NCBI GenBank assembly: GCA_963793425.1
Contig: CAWCAG010000005.1
Coordinates: forward strand, 1,984,001 to 2,048,000
Direction of reading: 5' to 3'
DNA length: 64,000 bases
From: an uncultured cyanobacterium
GTDB taxonomy: Bacteria; Cyanobacteriota; Cyanobacteriia; Cyanobacteriales; CAWCAG01
Position 1 is the first letter of the stretch. Every line of letters starts with the position of its first letter. Both the position numbers and the translations under genes were made by a program. Shown here one piece after another: positions 20,272 through 31,018 of this stretch. The notes under the pieces were generated by a model that was not told the origin of the DNA, did no database searches, and worked only from the letters and a program-made list of their open reading frames with translations.

Positions 20272-20369
20272 TTTTAGCTCCTTATTGCAGTGCTTTTTGT
20301 TACCAGGTAATCTGGTAACTATTTGACATTCTTTAATATTCTAGTATGCCAAAAAAAGACAAATTTAAC

Positions 20370-23300
20370 CTAAACTTCTGATTTTTGTAACCAACTAGAG
20401 ATCCCTTCACTATCCACAGGACGAGAGTATAAGTAACCTTGTCCAAAATGGCAACCTAAAGCTTTCAGTTCCTTCTGTTGTGCTTGGGTTTCTATACCCT
20501 CAGCTACCACTTTTATACCTAAATTTAAACCTAAATTAATAATCGTTTTAACTATTTCCTTATTTTCTAGACTTATCTCTAATTGAGAGATAAAAGAACG
20601 GTCAATTTTAAGGGTATTAATCGGGAAAATCTTCAATCTACTTAAGCTAGAATAGCCAGTACCAAAATCATCAATGGACAATTCCACCCCTAATTTTTGG
20701 AGTAAAAAAAGCTTGGCAGTGACAGATTCTATGTTTTCCATAATCAAGCTTTCCGTAATTTCTAAGCACAAATTCTGGGCTTTCAATCCAGAATAATCTA
20801 AAGCTTCTTCAATTTCTTCAACAAAGTTTTTTTGAGCAAATTGTTTACCTGTCACATTAACGCTAATAGTTACCTGTTTATCTAATAGTCCCTGGCTTTG
20901 CCAAAGAAACATTTGTTGACAAGCTTGGCGCAATACCAAATTATCAATCTTGACAATTAAGCCAGTCTCTTCGGCGAGGGGAAGAAAATCCTGGGGATAA
21001 ATCAAACCCCGCTGACTATGTTGCCAGCGTACTAAAACTTCTAAACTAGTAACTTTACCTGATCTCAAGGAAATAATCGGCTGGTAATGTAGTTTTATCT
21101 CCTGCCTTTCAAGAGCTTTTCGCAAATCTGTTTCTAACTCCAGCCCACTAGGGAGATCAGTTTGCATGGAATTATCAAAAATTTCGTAACGGGCTTTACC
21201 TAAGTGTTTAGCTTGGTACATCGCCCTATCAGCATCTTTGAGTAAATCTTTGGGTTCTTTGTAAGGCTTACCCGTAGCACCATTATAGCTAAGGGCAATA
21301 CCAATGCTAGCACTAGCAAAAACTTCATGTCCTTGTAAATGAAAAGGTAAACTCAACTGTTGTTGGATGTGATCAGCAACCCTCGTAGCATCTTCTACTT
21401 GAGAGATTTTGTTCAAGAGAATAGCAAACTCATCTCCACTTAAGCGGGCAACGGTATCCCTACTACTGATGCAGTCTTCAAGGCGTTGACTAATACCAAT
21501 CAAGAGTTGATCCCCTACTAAATGCCCTAAACTATCATTAACAGCCTTGAAACGGTCTAAATCAATAAATAGGACAGCAAACACAATCCCTCCCTTACGT
21601 TGAGAATGAATAAGCTGACTTTGCAGCCTGTCCATAAATAAAGAGCGATTGGCAATGCCTGTGAGAGGATCGTAAAAGGCATTGCGTAGTAGTTGTTCTT
21701 CTACTTCTTTCCTTTTGGTAATATCTTCAAAAGTGCCTTCATAGTAAAGAAGATGCCCCTCACTATCTTTGACATTGCGAACATTTTCTGAGATCCAAAT
21801 TTTACTACCATCTTGACAATAGGCTTCAAACTCAAAATTAGTAATGGACTCATTTTGCGCCATCAAAGCAATAAATTCCTCTCTTTTTTGAGGATTAATA
21901 TAAAGTTGACTGCCAATATCCTGGATTTTTGCCATTAATTCTTGGGGGGAATTATAGCCCAACATCCTAGCGAAAGCAGGATTAACATCAAGATAGTAAC
22001 CATCAGGAGTGGTGCGGAAAATACCCTCAATAGCATTTTCAAAAATACTGCGATACTTTTCCTCTGCTTCCCTTAAAGCTTCTTCTGTTTGTTTGTGTTC
22101 GGTAATATCTGTGGCAATACCATCGATCCGCACTGGAGTACCATCATTGCTGTAAATCAGACGAGTGCGATCGCGCAGCCAACGTATTTCTCCATTGGGG
22201 CGTACAATTCTGTATTCTACATTCATGCTGCCTTCCTGGTGCAAAGATTGCAATGCCCTCCTCACAGCTTGTCTGTCTTCTGGGTAAACTATTTCTATGC
22301 CTAAATTGGAGTTGTTAACCAAATCAGCAATGGGCCTACCATAGACTTCCTCCGCAGCAGGGTTAAGATAGAGAAGTTGGAAAGTTTGTGCCGACGCTGA
22401 CCAAATAACATCTTCTAAGGAAGCAAGAATGCTATGCAAGCGTTGTTGGCTTTCTTGCAGGGCTTCTTCTGCTTGTTTGCGCTGGGTAATATCGGTAACA
22501 ATCTCCATAGAGCTGTCGTTGGTTAAGGGAGTTCGACTAACTAGCCACCACAACTTATTGCCAGATTTTTGCTGAACTTGAATTTCATACTGTTGGGAAA
22601 TACCTAGCTGACATTGTTGTCTTTTCCGGTTAAGTAAGCGGTTATCTATTCGGTTAACTAATAAATTTTTTTCCGGTTTACCAACTAATTCTGCTGAAGA
22701 ATAACCAAGAATTTCACAATAGCGTCTGTTAACGAAATAGAGCCTTCCTTGTTGATCTGTCAAAGATAGCCCTTCATTCATCATTTCTATTAAAGTGCGA
22801 TATTTTTTCTCACTCGTCCTTAACTCTTCCTCTGCTCGCTTGCGTTCAGTAATATCAGTAATTAAACTTTTTACTTCTTCCCTTAATAGTTGGTTGGAAG
22901 CAGAAAGATTGGCAGTTCTTTGTTGTACTATCTGTTCTAATTCAGTATTATCTAAAAGAGAATCTACTTCTTGAGGAACTAGCGGTTGATAGCGATTCCA
23001 AAACTCTTCTAATCGAGGCTCTTTCTCAATTAATTTTCTACGATCAGAACTAATTTTAGGATAGTTTTTCATCTCTGAAGCTAGTTCTGGATAATTGCCA
23101 GCCCATTGATGGCAGACTTTAATAAAAGCAAAAAGGTTAACTAAATGAAGATACTTTTCTTCTCCTAAAAATCGACGCAAAGCACTAGCACATTGTGAAC
23201 TTTGATGAGGGTAAAGAAAAATAAATACTCCTACCCTTAACAAACTACTTTCATGCTCAGAATCAGTTTCAGGTAATTGGGAGAAAGAAGACTGTTTAAG

Positions 23301-23624
23301 TAAATGCAAATCTGTTTGTAAGGTAACAAAATCATGGGTAGCAGGTTCTTGAAGAAACTGGAGAATTTGGCTAGGGGAGATACCCAAATCATTAAGAATA
23401 CTACAATGAAAAATTAAACAAGAAGCAACAGAACAATAACGAGACAAATAAGTACAAAATTTCTCTTTCAACAAATCCGGTAAAGGGTTCTCAACATAAG
23501 CAGATAAGGTTTGCTGCCTTAAACTAGCCAAAATTTCTGGATTGTCTAGGGCTGGAGCAAAGAAAGGAGGAAAAAGCCCTAGTTGAGCTTCAATCTCCGC
23601 CTTAATTTGTCTAGTAGTTCGCAT
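20370..23624 (-). CDS. AhpD-like N-domain, 3 PAS, GGDEF (SGDEF) and EAL protein
   Basis: Three PAS/PAC blocks ending DIT; RLSGDEF; EVL and DDFGTGYSS; start placed at ATG 23624. Confidence 0.9.
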   Translation of the reverse strand: MRTTRQIKAEIEAQLGLFPPFFAPALDNPEILASLRQQTLSAYVENPLPDLLKEKFCTYLSRYCSVASCLIFHCSILNDLGISPSQILQFLQEPATHDFVTLQTDLHLLKQSSFSQLPETDSEHESSLLRVGVFIFLYPHQSSQCASALRRFLGEEKYLHLVNLFAFIKVCHQWAGNYPELASEMKNYPKISSDRRKLIEKEPRLEEFWNRYQPLVPQEVDSLLDNTELEQIVQQRTANLSASNQLLREEVKSLITDITERKRAEEELRTSEKKYRTLIEMMNEGLSLTDQQGRLYFVNRRYCEILGYSSAELVGKPEKNLLVNRIDNRLLNRKRQQCQLGISQQYEIQVQQKSGNKLWWLVSRTPLTNDSSMEIVTDITQRKQAEEALQESQQRLHSILASLEDVIWSASAQTFQLLYLNPAAEEVYGRPIADLVNNSNLGIEIVYPEDRQAVRRALQSLHQEGSMNVEYRIVRPNGEIRWLRDRTRLIYSNDGTPVRIDGIATDITEHKQTEEALREAEEKYRSIFENAIEGIFRTTPDGYYLDVNPAFARMLGYNSPQELMAKIQDIGSQLYINPQKREEFIALMAQNESITNFEFEAYCQDGSKIWISENVRNVKDSEGHLLYYEGTFEDITKRKEVEEQLLRNAFYDPLTGIANRSLFMDRLQSQLIHSQRKGGIVFAVLFIDLDRFKAVNDSLGHLVGDQLLIGISQRLEDCISSRDTVARLSGDEFAILLNKISQVEDATRVADHIQQQLSLPFHLQGHEVFASASIGIALSYNGATGKPYKEPKDLLKDADRAMYQAKHLGKARYEIFDNSMQTDLPSGLELETDLRKALERQEIKLHYQPIISLRSGKVTSLEVLVRWQHSQRGLIYPQDFLPLAEETGLIVKIDNLVLRQACQQMFLWQSQGLLDKQVTISVNVTGKQFAQKNFVEEIEEALDYSGLKAQNLCLEITESLIMENIESVTAKLFLLQKLGVELSIDDFGTGYSSLSRLKIFPINTLKIDRSFISQLEISLENKEIVKTIINLGLNLGIKVVAEGIETQAQQKELKALGCHFGQGYLYSRPVDSEGISSWLQKSEV

Positions 23625-23737
23625 AGGGAGGAGAGGGTGCAAATAATACTGTTGTTTCCTTATACCTTAGATTAGAAAAATCTTGAGGAAAGTTCACCAA
23701 GAAATAGCGATAAAATACTTAACATTAACTTTAATTA

Positions 23738-24652
23738 ATGAAAACTGTGATTATGCAAACAGAGCAAGCTATTTCTAGCCCAGCAATTCCTGGTCAATAC
23801 TGGCAATGGCGAGGACATACTATTTATTATCTTAAAGCCGGGGCAGAAAAAAGCAACCATCCCCCCTTATTATTAATCCATGGTTTCGGTGCTTCTACTG
23901 ATCACTGGCGTAAGAATATTGCCGAACTCAAAAGTAATTTTGCAGTTTGGGCGATTGATCTTTTAGGTTTTGGACGTTCTACGAAAGCAAATATTGCTTA
24001 CACCGGAGATTTATGGCGAGATCAAGTCAATGATTTTATTCAAGAAGTTGTTGGTGAACCAGTTATTTTAGTAGGAAATTCCCTTGGCGGCTATACCGCT
24101 TTGTGCGTAGCCTCCCAACGTCCTCAATCTGCTCAAGGGTTAATTTTACTTAATAGTGCTGGCCCCTTCACTGATAGCGAACCCCAGGCTAAAACAAGTT
24201 TTGCTCGTGAATTGATTGGTAAGGTTAGCCGCTCTATTTTGTTGCAACCTTGGGCTAATTATCTTCTCTTTAAATACGTACAACGCCCTGCAACTATTCG
24301 CAAAACTTTAGAAAAGGTTTATTTAGATAAAAGTGCGGTTACAGACCGTTTAGTGGCAGAAATCTATCGTCCTTCTTTAGATAAAGGTGCTGTGGATGTT
24401 TTTGCTTCTGTGTTTAAAACTCCTCAAGGAGAGAAGAATGATGTTTTATTGCAACAGTTACAATGTCCTTTATTAATGTTGTGGGGAGAAGGTGATCCTT
24501 GGATGAACTGTCAAGAAAGAAGCGTTAAGTTTCGGCAATATTATCCTAATTTAACAGAATATTATTTACAAGCAGGTCATTGTCCCCATGATGAAGCCCC
24601 AGAAAAGGTTAATAGTTTAATTAAGGAATGGGTTTTAGCTATAGAAAAGTAA
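23738..24652 (+). CDS. Alpha/beta hydrolase (pheophytinase-like family)
   Basis: HGFGAS, GNSLGG, GHCPHDE. Confidence 0.9.
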   Translation: MKTVIMQTEQAISSPAIPGQYWQWRGHTIYYLKAGAEKSNHPPLLLIHGFGASTDHWRKNIAELKSNFAVWAIDLLGFGRSTKANIAYTGDLWRDQVNDFIQEVVGEPVILVGNSLGGYTALCVASQRPQSAQGLILLNSAGPFTDSEPQAKTSFARELIGKVSRSILLQPWANYLLFKYVQRPATIRKTLEKVYLDKSAVTDRLVAEIYRPSLDKGAVDVFASVFKTPQGEKNDVLLQQLQCPLLMLWGEGDPWMNCQERSVKFRQYYPNLTEYYLQAGHCPHDEAPEKVNSLIKEWVLAIEK

Positions 24653-24733
24653 GGGAATCGCGAACAGAAATGATAAAGTGAGATTGTCTATCAGCAATTA
24701 GCTATTAGCCATTAGCCATTAGCCATTCCCTAA

Positions 24734-26470
24734 ATGAGTCTTCGTCAGAAAACCCTACTGCTTATTAGCCTTGTTTTGCTTGGCTTAATTGCTGTTTTAT
24801 CTGCTAGTCTTTCGGCTATATTACTAAACAGCTTCACAAGGTTAGAAGAAAAGAACGCCCGCAAAAATGTCCAAAGAGTTAAAGAAGCACTATATGACAA
24901 GACTCAAGAATTAGCTAATTCAACCAAAGATTGGGGAGCTTGGGACGATACCTATGAGTTTATTGAAGATAAAAACGAGCGGTTTTTTCAGGGCAATTTA
25001 AGGGCAAGCACCTTTGCCAATTTACAACTTAATTATTTAATTTTATTAAATAAGACAGGACAACAAGTTTATGGTCAAGGTTTTGAGCTTGCCAAAGGAA
25101 CAGAAATACCAATCACTGCTAGCTTAAGTAAATACCTTAATCCTGATAGTGTATTACTAAAACATACTAATACTCAAGATGTTAATGAAGGTATTATTGT
25201 TCTTGAAGACAGTTTACTCTTAATTGCTTCTCACCCCATTGTTACTAGTGATCATGAAGGGCCTATTCGGGGTAGCTTGATTATGGGGCAATATTTAAAC
25301 CCAAGCAAGATCAAATCTTTAGAGAAGCAAACTCAATTATCTCTGAATTTATATTCCTTAGCCAACCCTCAATTAGCTAGTGGATTAAAAGAGGTAGTAT
25401 CAGAATTAAGACAAACAGAAGAAAATTTTCCCGACAATCTATTAGAAGCACCCATATCAGTTGAACCTTTTAACAAAAAAGTTATTTTCGGTTATGCTTT
25501 ACTGCCAGATATAACAGGAAAACCCGCAATACTTTTGCGGGTGGAGATGCCGAGAGAAATTTATCAGCAAGGTCTTAACAGCTTGAGCTATTTGATTATT
25601 TCTCTTCTTTTAGTGGGTATAATTTTTGGAGCCGGAACTTTATTTTTATTAGAAAAAGTTGTGCTATCTCGCCTAGCTAACTTGAGTCAAGATGTTCAGG
25701 AAATTGGTACTACTGGCGATCTTTCTTTGCGAGTACAGACCCTTGGCAAAGATGAATTAACCAGCCTTGCTACTACCATTAATAGTATGGTGCAGCGATT
25801 AGAAATTAGTAGTAAAGAACTAGCTTTAGAAAAAGATAAAACCGAAAATTTACTCCTCAATATTCTTCCTGAACCCATAGCCGGAAGGTTAAAAGCTCAA
25901 GAAGGTACTATTGCTGATAATTTTGCGGAAGTAACAGTGATGTTTGCCGATATAGTCGGTTTCACCACTTTTTCTGAACAAATGCCTCCAGCTAAATTAG
26001 TTCGTCTCCTCAATAATGTTTTTTCTCGCTTCGATGGGTTATTAGAAAAGCATGGTTTAGAAAAAATTAAAACCATTGGTGACTGTTATATGGTGGTTGG
26101 TGGCTTACCCATAGAAATTCCTAACCATGCAGAAGCGATCGCAGAAATGGCCTTAGAGATGTTAATAGAAATTGAAAAATTCAACCTGGAACAGGGTCAA
26201 GAATTTGCCATGCGTATGGGGATTAATACCGGCTCTGTCGTAGCTGGAGTTATTGGCTTGAAGAAGTTTGTTTATGACCTCTGGGGAGATACCGTAAACA
26301 CTGCCAGTCGGATGGAATCCCACGGTATACCTGGACGCATCCACGTTTCTAGTACTACTTATGAACATTTGCAGCATAAGTATGAATTTGAAGCAAGGGG
26401 AACTATTAATATTAAAGGCAAAGGGGAAATGGCAACTTTTCTACTCATCAAGAAAAAATCAACAGTCTAG
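24734..26470 (+). CDS. Membrane adenylate/guanylate cyclase (CHASE4-HAMP-class III cyclase)
   Basis: DWGAWDDTY (CHASE4), HAMP DEL..L, FADIVGFT, KTIGDCYM, YDLWGDTVNTASRMES. Confidence 0.93.
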   Translation: MSLRQKTLLLISLVLLGLIAVLSASLSAILLNSFTRLEEKNARKNVQRVKEALYDKTQELANSTKDWGAWDDTYEFIEDKNERFFQGNLRASTFANLQLNYLILLNKTGQQVYGQGFELAKGTEIPITASLSKYLNPDSVLLKHTNTQDVNEGIIVLEDSLLLIASHPIVTSDHEGPIRGSLIMGQYLNPSKIKSLEKQTQLSLNLYSLANPQLASGLKEVVSELRQTEENFPDNLLEAPISVEPFNKKVIFGYALLPDITGKPAILLRVEMPREIYQQGLNSLSYLIISLLLVGIIFGAGTLFLLEKVVLSRLANLSQDVQEIGTTGDLSLRVQTLGKDELTSLATTINSMVQRLEISSKELALEKDKTENLLLNILPEPIAGRLKAQEGTIADNFAEVTVMFADIVGFTTFSEQMPPAKLVRLLNNVFSRFDGLLEKHGLEKIKTIGDCYMVVGGLPIEIPNHAEAIAEMALEMLIEIEKFNLEQGQEFAMRMGINTGSVVAGVIGLKKFVYDLWGDTVNTASRMESHGIPGRIHVSSTTYEHLQHKYEFEARGTINIKGKGEMATFLLIKKKSTV

Positions 26471-26523
26471 AGAAGTTAAAGAAACTCTAGAGATACAGGG
26501 TATTTCTCCTTAGATGGCTCTAA

Positions 26524-27591
<1,068 letters not shown>

Positions 27592-27677
27592 CACTCTGTC
27601 AATCTTTAATTTAAGGGTAAGGGGTAAAGAATTATCCCTCTGTTCAATATTATTATTGTAGCCAATCTTGGGCAAAA

Positions 27678-27716
27678 TTTTAGCTACCTAAACTAACACT
27701 GTTTGGGTAGCTAAAA
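27678..27716 (+). terminator. Hairpin after gap1
   Basis: TTTTAGCTACCTAAAC...GTTTGGGTAGCTAAAA. Confidence 0.55.
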
Positions 27717-27785
27717 AGTATTATTTTGGTGCAAATTTTTCTCTGTCCAAGCTATATTGAGCAAAAACCCTCTGTAATTCTCTTA

Positions 27786-28862
27786 ATGAACCAACCTCCT
27801 GTATTTTCCTTTAGACAAAAATATAAACGCCTACAACAGGAGATGATTTTCGGTATTGCCGCCCTAGCTGGTGTTTTCTTAGTTGGCACTCTCTGGTATT
27901 GGTTAGTTGAGGGGTGGGAATTTATTGAAGCTGTTTACATGACAGCAATTACTCTTTCGACTGTTGGTTTTTCAGAAGTACATCCTTTAGAAAATAAAGC
28001 TCGTATTTTTACTATTTGCTTGATTTTCATGGGTTTGTTTAGCTTCGGTTACATTGCTAATCGCTTTACAGAGGCGCTTATTCAAGGCTACTTTCAAGAA
28101 GGAATCAAAATGAGACAACAAAAGCTCTTGATAGACTCTTTAAAAAAGCACTATATAGTCTGTGGTTTTGGTAGGACAGGGCGACAGGTTGCTTTAGAAT
28201 TTCAAGCTGAAGGCATACCTTTTATTGTGATTGATTCTAGTCTTGAGAAGATAGAACAAGCTCAAGAATTAGGTTGCATAGCGGTCTATGGTGATGCAAC
28301 CCTAGATGAATCATTACAGAAAGCTAGTATCGACAAAGCCCTTTGTCTTGTTACAGTACTTCCTTCCGATGCAGAAAACCTCTACACTGTACTTTCTGCC
28401 AAAACTTTTAATCCTCATATTCGGGCGATCGCCCGCGCTAGTACAGAAGAAGCGGAACAAAAGTTGCAAAGGGCAGGGGCAGATGGAGTTGTTTCTCCTC
28501 ATATTACCGGAGGAAGACGTTTAGCTGCTGCTGCTTTACGCCCTCAAGTGATGGATTTTGTTGATGGTATTTTAGCGGGTTCCGATAAGTCTTTTTATAT
28601 GGAAGAGTTACGCCTAGATTCTGAGACTTGCCCTTATATAGATCAGACTTTAAGTCAAGCAAAATTAAGGAAAAAATCCGGTGCTTTAGTGTTAGCAATT
28701 CGCAGAAATGATGGCGTTTTAATTGTTGGTCCCACAGGGGATACTTACTTGCTATCAGGAGATTTACTCATTTGTATGGGAACTGCTGAACAACTAAGAA
28801 CTCTTAACAGTATCCTTGATCCTATTAATTCTGCTCATCCAAGGTTGCCTAAGCATATTTGA
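27786..28862 (+). CDS. Potassium channel with RCK (TrkA-N/TrkA-C) domains
   Basis: 2 TM plus pore TLSTVGF; CGFGRTG; start placed at ATG 27786. Confidence 0.9.
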   Translation: MNQPPVFSFRQKYKRLQQEMIFGIAALAGVFLVGTLWYWLVEGWEFIEAVYMTAITLSTVGFSEVHPLENKARIFTICLIFMGLFSFGYIANRFTEALIQGYFQEGIKMRQQKLLIDSLKKHYIVCGFGRTGRQVALEFQAEGIPFIVIDSSLEKIEQAQELGCIAVYGDATLDESLQKASIDKALCLVTVLPSDAENLYTVLSAKTFNPHIRAIARASTEEAEQKLQRAGADGVVSPHITGGRRLAAAALRPQVMDFVDGILAGSDKSFYMEELRLDSETCPYIDQTLSQAKLRKKSGALVLAIRRNDGVLIVGPTGDTYLLSGDLLICMGTAEQLRTLNSILDPINSAHPRLPKHI

Positions 28863-29034
28863 GAAAAATCCTGCCCTTGTTGCATGACTTACCTGCTATT
28901 CATGTTTATGAGAAAATAGGCTTTATTCGTGAAGGTGTCAAGGGTGATCTCCTATTTTGGGACAGCAAGTATCACAATGCAATCATTATGAGTATACTGA
29001 AACCTGACTACGATAAATTAATATTTAATCATCA

Positions 29035-30960
29035 ATGAGCAATAAAAAAACTGTTCCCTTTGGTTCCTGGAAATCACCTATCACCTCAGCTCTAATCGTT
29101 GCAGGAAGCATTAGATTAGGCGGCGTTGCTGTTGATGGAAAAAACCTTTATTGGTTGGAAGGGCGACCTAGTGAAGGGGGGCGCAACGTCTTAGTGCAAC
29201 AAGATGCCCAGGGAAACATTACTGATATTACTTCTGCCCCTTACAATATTCGTACCAAAGTTCATGAATATGGTGGTGGTGCATTTTTAGTAGTTGCTGG
29301 AACAGTCTATTTTAGTAACTTTGTAGATCAGCGAATTTATCAACAAAAAATTGGCACTGAACCCCAACCCCTAACCCCAGAGTCCCCGCGACGCTATGCT
29401 GATGCAGTTTTAGATCAACAAAGGAATCGCTTGATTTGCGTTTGCGAAGAAAAGCTGGAAAGGCAAGCTGAACCCACAAATACTTTAGTTACTGTTGATC
29501 TTGATTCTGGGGAAGTGCAAACCTTGGTATCTGGTAGCAACTTCTATGCTTCTCCTCGCCTTAGCCCCGATGGTTGCCAATTAGCTTGGTTAGATTGGCA
29601 ACATCCTAATTTACCTTGGGATGCCACCCAGTTGTGGATTGCGAATATGCAAGGAGATGGTTCTTTATCTGAGGTGCGATGTCTTGCTGGAGGGGAGGAA
29701 GAAGCTATCTTTGAACCTCGATGGAGTCCTGATGGTAAGTTGTATTTTGCCAGCGATCGCACAGGCTGGTGGAATTTGTATCGTTGCAATGGGGAAGGAG
29801 AAATTGAGGCTTTGTGGGAGATGGAGGCAGAGTTTGGTTATCCTCATTGGGTATTTGGTTTATCTATGTACGGCTTCCAATCCTCAGATAAGTTGGTTTG
29901 CACTTATTTCCAAGGGGGGAGAAGTTATTTAGCTAGCTTGGATCTCAATACTAAAGAAGGGCAAATGATTACTACTCCTTATACTAGTATTGATTATCTC
30001 CAAGTAACTCCTCACCAACTCTTCTTTTTAGGAGGATCACCAACAGAGTCTGCTGCGGTACTGCAATGGCAAGAAGGGGAGGTTGCAGTCATTAAAACAA
30101 GTAGTGATTTAGCCATAGATTCCGGTTATCTCTCCCTTCCCCAAGAGATTACTTTTCCGACAGATCATAACCTAACTGCCTATGCTTGGTACTATCCCCC
30201 GCAAAACAAGGATTATACCCCGCCACCAGGAGAACTTCCCCCCTTATTAGTGAAAAGTCATGGTGGCCCCACAGCAGCAGCTTCCCCCACTTTAAGTTTG
30301 AAGACTCAATACTGGACGAGTCGGGGTTTTGGGGTGGTGGATGTTAATTATGGCGGCAGCAGTGGTTATGGTAAAGAGTATCGGCAAAGGTTAGATAAAC
30401 AGTGGGGTGTGGTGGATGTTCATGACTGTGCCAATGCTGCTCAATATTTGGTAGAAGAGGGTAAAGTTGATAGAGAAAGATTAGTGATTTCTGGGGGTAG
30501 TGCCGGAGGTTATACGACTTTGTGCGCTTTAACTTTTTTGGATATTTTTAAAGCTGGGGCTAGTTATTATGGGGTTAGTGATTTAGAAGTTTTAGCTAAA
30601 GAAACTCATAAGTTTGAATCGCGATATTTAGATAGATTAGTGGGGAAATATCCCCAAGAAAAGGATTTGTATGTGGCGCGATCGCCGATTCATTTCACCG
30701 AAAGGCTTTCTTGTCCTGTGATATTTTTTCAAGGTTTAGAGGATGAAGTAACCCCTCCTAACCAAGCAGAAAAGATGGTGACAGCGATTAAAAATAAGGG
30801 TTTACCTGTTGCTTATGTTACCTTTGCTGGGGAACAACATGGCTTCCGTCGGGCTGAAAATATTAAACGTGCCTTGGATGGAGAATTTTATTTCTATTCC
30901 CAAGTTTTTGGTTTCAAACCAGCAGAAGAAATTGAATCTGTGGAAATTTTTAATGGTTAG
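29035..30960 (+). CDS. S9 family (prolyl oligopeptidase-like) peptidase
   Basis: HGGPT, GGSAGG, EQHGFR. Confidence 0.93.
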   Translation: MSNKKTVPFGSWKSPITSALIVAGSIRLGGVAVDGKNLYWLEGRPSEGGRNVLVQQDAQGNITDITSAPYNIRTKVHEYGGGAFLVVAGTVYFSNFVDQRIYQQKIGTEPQPLTPESPRRYADAVLDQQRNRLICVCEEKLERQAEPTNTLVTVDLDSGEVQTLVSGSNFYASPRLSPDGCQLAWLDWQHPNLPWDATQLWIANMQGDGSLSEVRCLAGGEEEAIFEPRWSPDGKLYFASDRTGWWNLYRCNGEGEIEALWEMEAEFGYPHWVFGLSMYGFQSSDKLVCTYFQGGRSYLASLDLNTKEGQMITTPYTSIDYLQVTPHQLFFLGGSPTESAAVLQWQEGEVAVIKTSSDLAIDSGYLSLPQEITFPTDHNLTAYAWYYPPQNKDYTPPPGELPPLLVKSHGGPTAAASPTLSLKTQYWTSRGFGVVDVNYGGSSGYGKEYRQRLDKQWGVVDVHDCANAAQYLVEEGKVDRERLVISGGSAGGYTTLCALTFLDIFKAGASYYGVSDLEVLAKETHKFESRYLDRLVGKYPQEKDLYVARSPIHFTERLSCPVIFFQGLEDEVTPPNQAEKMVTAIKNKGLPVAYVTFAGEQHGFRRAENIKRALDGEFYFYSQVFGFKPAEEIESVEIFNG

Positions 30961-31018
30961 TTGCTAGTTGCTAGTTGCTAGTGGTCTAAGACTATAATTC
31001 TTTACTTGTTACCTAAAT

